Shown here: positions 59,525-64,000 of the stretch, in pieces
How the letters are laid out: each line of letters begins with the position of its first letter
How positions within the stretch are numbered: the stretch's first letter is position 1
Assembly: GCA_963712745.1 (NCBI GenBank)
Contig: CAVQJC010000006.1
Span: 64,001-128,000 of the forward strand
Direction: 5' to 3'
Length of the DNA stretch: 64,000 nt
Origin: an uncultured Chloroflexia bacterium
GTDB taxonomy: Bacteria > Chloroflexota > Limnocylindria > Limnocylindrales > CSP1-4
Position numbers and translations under genes: made by a program
The notes under the pieces: model-generated
The model's database searches: none
What the model was told of the DNA's origin: nothing
Seen by the model: the letters and a program-made list of their open reading frames with translations, nothing else

Positions 59525-60358
59525 CGCCGGCCCCGGCTCGGGCTCCATGTCCGGGATCAGGAGCAGGGCGCCGATGAAGAAGCAGATGGCGCCGATGTAC
59601 GTGCCCGCGTTGACCACGTCCACGTTCAGCAGCTCTCCGGTGGAGGGCAGGACGAAGGCCGCTACGGCCGCGAAGCCGAACGCGACGGAGCCGATCATGT
59701 TGAGCCAGGCGATGGCGGGTCCGAGGCGGGTGGTCGCGACACCTCCGAAGCGTCGATGTGTCTCCATGATCACGAGCGCACTCGCGACCAGGAAGCAGGC
59801 CGAGCCGATCATGTCCGGGGCCCACACCAGCTTCTCCTCCTGCCTGGTCGAGAGATCGCCCAGGGCCGCGAGAGTACTGAGGTTGAAGTTGAGGGTACCG
59901 ATGAACTGGATGGCCGCGGCCCACCAGCCGATGGACAGGGATCTGACCCCGAACCAGCGCCGAGTCCGTCCGCGGCCCTCGAGGTCGTCGCCCTCGTTGG
60001 TGGCCTCGAAATACTGCAGATACGCGGCCGAGGTGAAGAAGATCGAGCCGATGAAGAAGATGGGCCCGACCGCCGCACCCAGTAGCGTTGCGGTGGCCGG
60101 GAAGGCTCCCAGGAAGAAGCAGGCGGAGCCGATCATGAAGAGGAGCGCGATCCACCAACCCCGGCGACGCGGCGCCCACCACTCGGTACCTCGTACGGTG
60201 TCCCGTGCGGCTGGGTCACTCAGGCCGTAGCCCTTGCGATGGCGCCACGCCGAGAACTCGACCTCGGTGCCATCGGCACGCCGCAGCCGACGCCCCGTGA
60301 CGAAGGGCCCGATGCGCTGCTGCTCGATCTCCTCGTAGACCAGTCCGCCCTCTGCCAT
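59507..60358 (-). CDS. YrhK-like multi-TM membrane protein
   Basis: Repeated F/M-IGS-xxF helices (FMIGSACF, FFIGSIFF, QFIGTLNF, DMIGSACF, NMIGSVAF). Confidence 0.75.
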   Translation of the reverse strand: MAEGGLVYEEIEQQRIGPFVTGRRLRRADGTEVEFSAWRHRKGYGLSDPAARDTVRGTEWWAPRRRGWWIALLFMIGSACFFLGAFPATATLLGAAVGPIFFIGSIFFTSAAYLQYFEATNEGDDLEGRGRTRRWFGVRSLSIGWWAAAIQFIGTLNFNLSTLAALGDLSTRQEEKLVWAPDMIGSACFLVASALVIMETHRRFGGVATTRLGPAIAWLNMIGSVAFGFAAVAAFVLPSTGELLNVDVVNAGTYIGAICFFIGALLLIPDMEPEPGPAASPAA

Positions 60359-60366
60359 GTGGGGGC

Positions 60367-61749
60367 TCAGTGGGCGAACCCGGAGCGTTCGGCGGACTTG
60401 AGCGGCGGATCCTCCTGCAGGTCCGCGGCCGCCTGCTGGAGGTGCTCGATCAACGACTTGCCGATGTCGTAGGTGAAGCCCTCGCGCACGACGATACGCA
60501 GGACGGCCACGTCGGTGGCGTTCTCGGGCATGGTGTAGGCAGGCACCTGCCAGCCGTGATAGCGCAGGCGATCGGACACGTCATAGGCGGTGAAGGGGAG
60601 ATCGTCAGCCACGGTGAACGAGACCACCGGGACATCGGTGCCGTCGCTGACGATGGAGAACGGCCCGATCTCGGCGATGCGGGCCGAGACCTCCAGGGCG
60701 ATGCCCTGCAGGGTCTTCATGACCCTGGTGTAGCCAGACCGCCCGAGGCGGATGAAGTTGTAGTACTGACCGATGACCTGGTTGCCGGGCCTACTGAAGT
60801 TGAGGGTGAAGGTGGGCATGTCGCCACCGAGGTAGTTGACGTGGAAGATGAGCTCCTTGGGCAGATGCTCGGCTCCGCGCCAGACGACGAACCCGATGCC
60901 CGGGTAGACGAGGCCGTACTTGTGGCCTGAGACGTTGATGGAGACGATGTTGGGCAGGCGGAAGTCCCACTCCAGGTCGGGCTGGAGGAAAGGCGCCACG
61001 AAGCCGCCCGAGGCTGCGTCGACGTGGACCGGCGTCTCGAGGCCGGTGGCCTCGTTGTTGGCCACCACCGCGTCGTGGATCTCCTTGATGGGCTCGAACT
61101 GGCCGGTGTAGGTCGTACCGAGGATGGCGATCACGCCGATGGTGTTCTCATCGACCGCGGCGACCGCGGCCTCGGGGGTGATGACGTAGCGGCCCTTCTC
61201 CACGGGCACGTAGCGTGCCTCCACGTCCCAGTAGCGGCAGAACTTCTCCCACACCACCTGCACGTTGGAGCCGAGGACCATGTTGGGCCGGGTGGCGTCT
61301 GCGCCGGCCGCCTCGCGTCGCTGACGCCAGCTCCACTTCATGGCCAGGCCGGCGAGCATGACCGCCTCTGACGAGCCGATGGTGGAGACGCCGATGGCGT
61401 CGCCTTCGGTGGGCGCGTTGAAGAGGTCAGCCACGATGTTGACGCAGCGCCGCTCGATCTCAGCGGTGGCCGGATACTCGTCCTTGTCGATCATGTTCTT
61501 GTCGAAGGCTTCGGCCATCAGCTTCTCCGCCTGGGGCTCCATCCAGGTCGTCACGAAGGTGGCCAGGTTGAGGCGGGCATTGCCATCGAGCATGAGCTCG
61601 TCATGGATGAGCCGCTCCACTGTCTCTGGGGCGGCGCCGTCGTCCGGCAGGCGATACTTGGGCATCGGCGCCACGTCCATGCGGTGTGTGTACGCCGGGG
61701 CGATGATCTCCAGCGCGAGCTCCTGCCCACTGATCTTCTTGATGACCAT
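60367..61749 (-). CDS. gadB: Glutamate decarboxylase
   Basis: LNLATFVTT, NMIDKDEYP, HVDAASGG, SGHKYGL, FTLNFSRP. Confidence 0.95.
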   Translation of the reverse strand: MVIKKISGQELALEIIAPAYTHRMDVAPMPKYRLPDDGAAPETVERLIHDELMLDGNARLNLATFVTTWMEPQAEKLMAEAFDKNMIDKDEYPATAEIERRCVNIVADLFNAPTEGDAIGVSTIGSSEAVMLAGLAMKWSWRQRREAAGADATRPNMVLGSNVQVVWEKFCRYWDVEARYVPVEKGRYVITPEAAVAAVDENTIGVIAILGTTYTGQFEPIKEIHDAVVANNEATGLETPVHVDAASGGFVAPFLQPDLEWDFRLPNIVSINVSGHKYGLVYPGIGFVVWRGAEHLPKELIFHVNYLGGDMPTFTLNFSRPGNQVIGQYYNFIRLGRSGYTRVMKTLQGIALEVSARIAEIGPFSIVSDGTDVPVVSFTVADDLPFTAYDVSDRLRYHGWQVPAYTMPENATDVAVLRIVVREGFTYDIGKSLIEHLQQAAADLQEDPPLKSAERSGFAH

Positions 61750-61918
61750 GCGAACGCCTCCATCTCATGTCGATGCGCCACCGCGCGAAATCCTGGATCG
61801 ACCGAGCTCCCGCCACCGCTGCCGCAACCACCGTCCGACGCGACTCGATCTCAAGTCATCATGCCATCCGCACGATGCGATCGATGCCATTCTCCATGCT
61901 TGGCGCAGACCGCGTTGG

Positions 61919-62668
61919 TCAGGCCTCGGCGGCACGCGCCTCGGCCACGATCTGCTCGAGCCGCGAGTGATGGGCACCGTGCCAGTAGTCACGGCCGCAG
62001 TCGGGGCAGGTACGGAAATCTTCGTACGTGCGACGCGTACCCGGTGGCAGGCGGTACTCGATGGCGGCCTTCTCGACCGCCTCGAGTTGGCCGTTGCAGG
62101 CCGGGCAGCGGCTGAAGGGGTCCAACACGCCGGCCAGCTGGAAGCGGCGCATCACTTCGCGGACCTGCTCGTCTGGGCGGTCGGAGCGCAGCAGGTAGCC
62201 GTGCGTCACCGCCCGGCGTCGCAACAGGAAGCGGTCGCGCGTGAGCAGGATGCGCCGGTCACTGACGGAAACCGCGACCAGCTCATCGTCGGCCGCATCA
62301 GGGGCATAGAGGCAGTCGAGGCCGAGCAGCCGCAAGCGGCGGGTCAGCTTGCCCAGGTGCCCGTCCAGCACGAAGCAGGTCTGACGCAATGGCTCGGGCC
62401 GCAGCCGCAGGATTGGGCTGATGTCGAAGGCCTCGAACACGGGGTACACGCTGATGCGTTCGCCGGCCGCGGGCCGGTACTCGAAGCCGACCGAGCGATC
62501 GTGCGCGAGGATGATCTCGACCTCCGTGTGTGGCACGCCGTACGACTCGATGAGGTCCTTGACGCTCTGGGTAGGCACCGGCCGGTGGTCGATGCGACCG
62601 GAACGGTGGGCCGGCGGAAGCAGGTCGCGCAACTCAGCGTAGAAGCGAAGCCGGATGGGGTGCGTCAC
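61919..62668 (-). CDS. Ubiquitin-like plus Mut7-C (PIN) RNase domain protein
   Basis: RFYAEL...SVKDLIESYGVPHTEV; FVLDGHLGKL...LRLLG, LLTRD, RCPACN...CPDCGRDYW. Confidence 0.9.
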   Translation of the reverse strand: MTHPIRLRFYAELRDLLPPAHRSGRIDHRPVPTQSVKDLIESYGVPHTEVEIILAHDRSVGFEYRPAAGERISVYPVFEAFDISPILRLRPEPLRQTCFVLDGHLGKLTRRLRLLGLDCLYAPDAADDELVAVSVSDRRILLTRDRFLLRRRAVTHGYLLRSDRPDEQVREVMRRFQLAGVLDPFSRCPACNGQLEAVEKAAIEYRLPPGTRRTYEDFRTCPDCGRDYWHGAHHSRLEQIVAEARAAEA

Positions 62669-62693
62669 CGAGTTGCCTCCAGCGTGGCTCGGT

Positions 62694-63761
62694 TCAGGCA
62701 GCGGCGATCACCTGCTGCGTCATGCGCCGGGAGACGACCACCACGGCCGGCACGAGCACCACACAGATGGCCAGCGCCACCAGCAGCTGGCCGGCGATGT
62801 CAGCGAGTCCGGCGTCCTGCATGGCGACCTCGAAGATGGGGTTGATGATCCAGTAGGTCGGGAAGATCTGGGCGATCCACTGCGGCCAGTCGGGGAAGAT
62901 GTAGAAGATCACCGGGGCGAAGAGCAGGATGTTGACCGACTTCATGAGCGCGAACAGCGTCTTGGAGTCCTTGGCCCCGCCGCCGAAGAGCAGCCCGATC
63001 TCGGCCAGCATCAGGGCGCCCACGGCCACGCTCAGGAGCAGCGCCGCGGGCTGGGTGCCCAGCGCATCGTTGAGCCAGAGCGTCACCAGCGTCATGAGGA
63101 AGGCCAGCACCAGGCCCATCACGGCCTTGGCGGCCAGCACGTCCACGCCCCGGGCGGGCGAGACCAGCATCGCCGTCATGGTGCCGCTCTCGCGCTCCTG
63201 CACGATGGAGAAGGCCGGCACGAAGACGCCCGCGATGAGCAGCGCGAACAGCACCAGCAACGGCATCATGCGGCTGGACATCGGCAGGAGCGGGTCGCCG
63301 GTGGCAACCACCGCCACCTCGACCGGCGGCGTAACACCTTCGACCACGCGAACCGCGTCGAGCGTGGTGACCGCGAGGATGAGGCGGTTGGAGGCCAGCG
63401 ACTCGCCGCCGACGAAGAACTGCAATGGTGGCTGTTCGCCGGCCCGTACCCGCTCGTCGAAGCCAGCCGGCAGCACCAGGCCGGCATCGAGGTCGTTGTC
63501 CCGGACGAGCTGGGTCAGGGCCTCCTCGTCGTCGACCAGGCGCAGCTCGATACCATCGACAGCGGCCATCTCGGCGGCGACCTGCGAGCCCCCCTCGTCG
63601 ACGATGCCCAGCCGCGGCTGGGGCGCGAAGAGCGAGCCGAAGACGATCTGGACCACGAACGTGCCCACGAGCGGGAAGACGATGGCCCACAGCAAGACCG
63701 GGGAGCGGGGACCCAGGCGCAGGTCCTTCATCAGGACCTGCCAGGCGATACGCAGGTTCAT
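62694..63761 (-). CDS. ABC-2 type transporter permease
   Basis: ERESGT...SP motif; 6 TM helices with a large extracellular loop. Confidence 0.88.
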   Translation of the reverse strand: MNLRIAWQVLMKDLRLGPRSPVLLWAIVFPLVGTFVVQIVFGSLFAPQPRLGIVDEGGSQVAAEMAAVDGIELRLVDDEEALTQLVRDNDLDAGLVLPAGFDERVRAGEQPPLQFFVGGESLASNRLILAVTTLDAVRVVEGVTPPVEVAVVATGDPLLPMSSRMMPLLVLFALLIAGVFVPAFSIVQERESGTMTAMLVSPARGVDVLAAKAVMGLVLAFLMTLVTLWLNDALGTQPAALLLSVAVGALMLAEIGLLFGGGAKDSKTLFALMKSVNILLFAPVIFYIFPDWPQWIAQIFPTYWIINPIFEVAMQDAGLADIAGQLLVALAICVVLVPAVVVVSRRMTQQVIAAA

Positions 63762-64000
63762 AGCGCCTCCAGCCTCCTTCGCAGGATGAACCAGCCGGCA
63801 GCGAAGATGGCCACACACCAGGCCGCGGACATGAGCAGGTAGCCGGCGCTCTCCGCCCAGCCCTGCCCATAGGCAGTGACGCCGACGATGGTCTCGATGA
63901 AGCCGTAGGTCGGCAGCAGCTGCACCCAGCCCGAGGCCGCTCCCGGGAACAGCGCCGCGACGGCGGGCACGGCCATGGGGATGATGAAGACCATGCTGAT
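63758..64000 (-). CDS. ABC-2 type permease, 3' end (runs off the window)
   Basis: Hydrophobic C-terminus with WVQLLPTY; stop overlaps the next ATG. Confidence 0.7.
   Translation of the reverse strand: MSMVFIIPMAVPAVAALFPGAASGWVQLLPTYGFIETIVGVTAYGQGWAESAGYLLMSAAWCVAIFAAGWFILRRRLEAL

Overview
High-GC (about 70% by eye) bacterial chromosome segment with about 60 genes. I found no rRNA, tRNA, CRISPR array, transposase or phage genes. F420-type LLM oxidoreductases, TPEP-repeat surface proteins and leaderless promoters suggest a Chloroflexota- or Actinomycetota-like organism (inference). In order, the window holds: a divergent pair of anchor-less tandem-PASTA proteins; mgtE; a coupled N-formylglutamate amidohydrolase / QEGLA (DUF1704, MATCAP-like) metallopeptidase / GshB-like ATP-grasp operon; a GH94 phosphorylase; small envelope proteins; a SorC-regulated sugar/polyol catabolic region with a duplicated promoter-operator and a truncated FGGY kinase, split by a giant Pro/Thr/Glu-stalk surface protein; CoA-disulfide reductase-rhodanese divergent from cysE-cysK; an aminotransferase-dehydratase-cyclodeaminase operon; an orphan protein with an R-S-E (DraT-like) ADP-ribosyltransferase signature; a polyol ABC locus with many frameshifts (probably long-read errors); an anaerobic sulfatase maturase; gadB with a YrhK-like gene; and a ubiquitin-Mut7-C RNase. 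The best candidates for undescribed systems are the ligase plus two hydrolases 'writer/eraser' operon (3945-7743) and the stand-alone ADP-ribosyltransferase (37744-38745). All family calls come from motif recognition by eye; no database searches were run.
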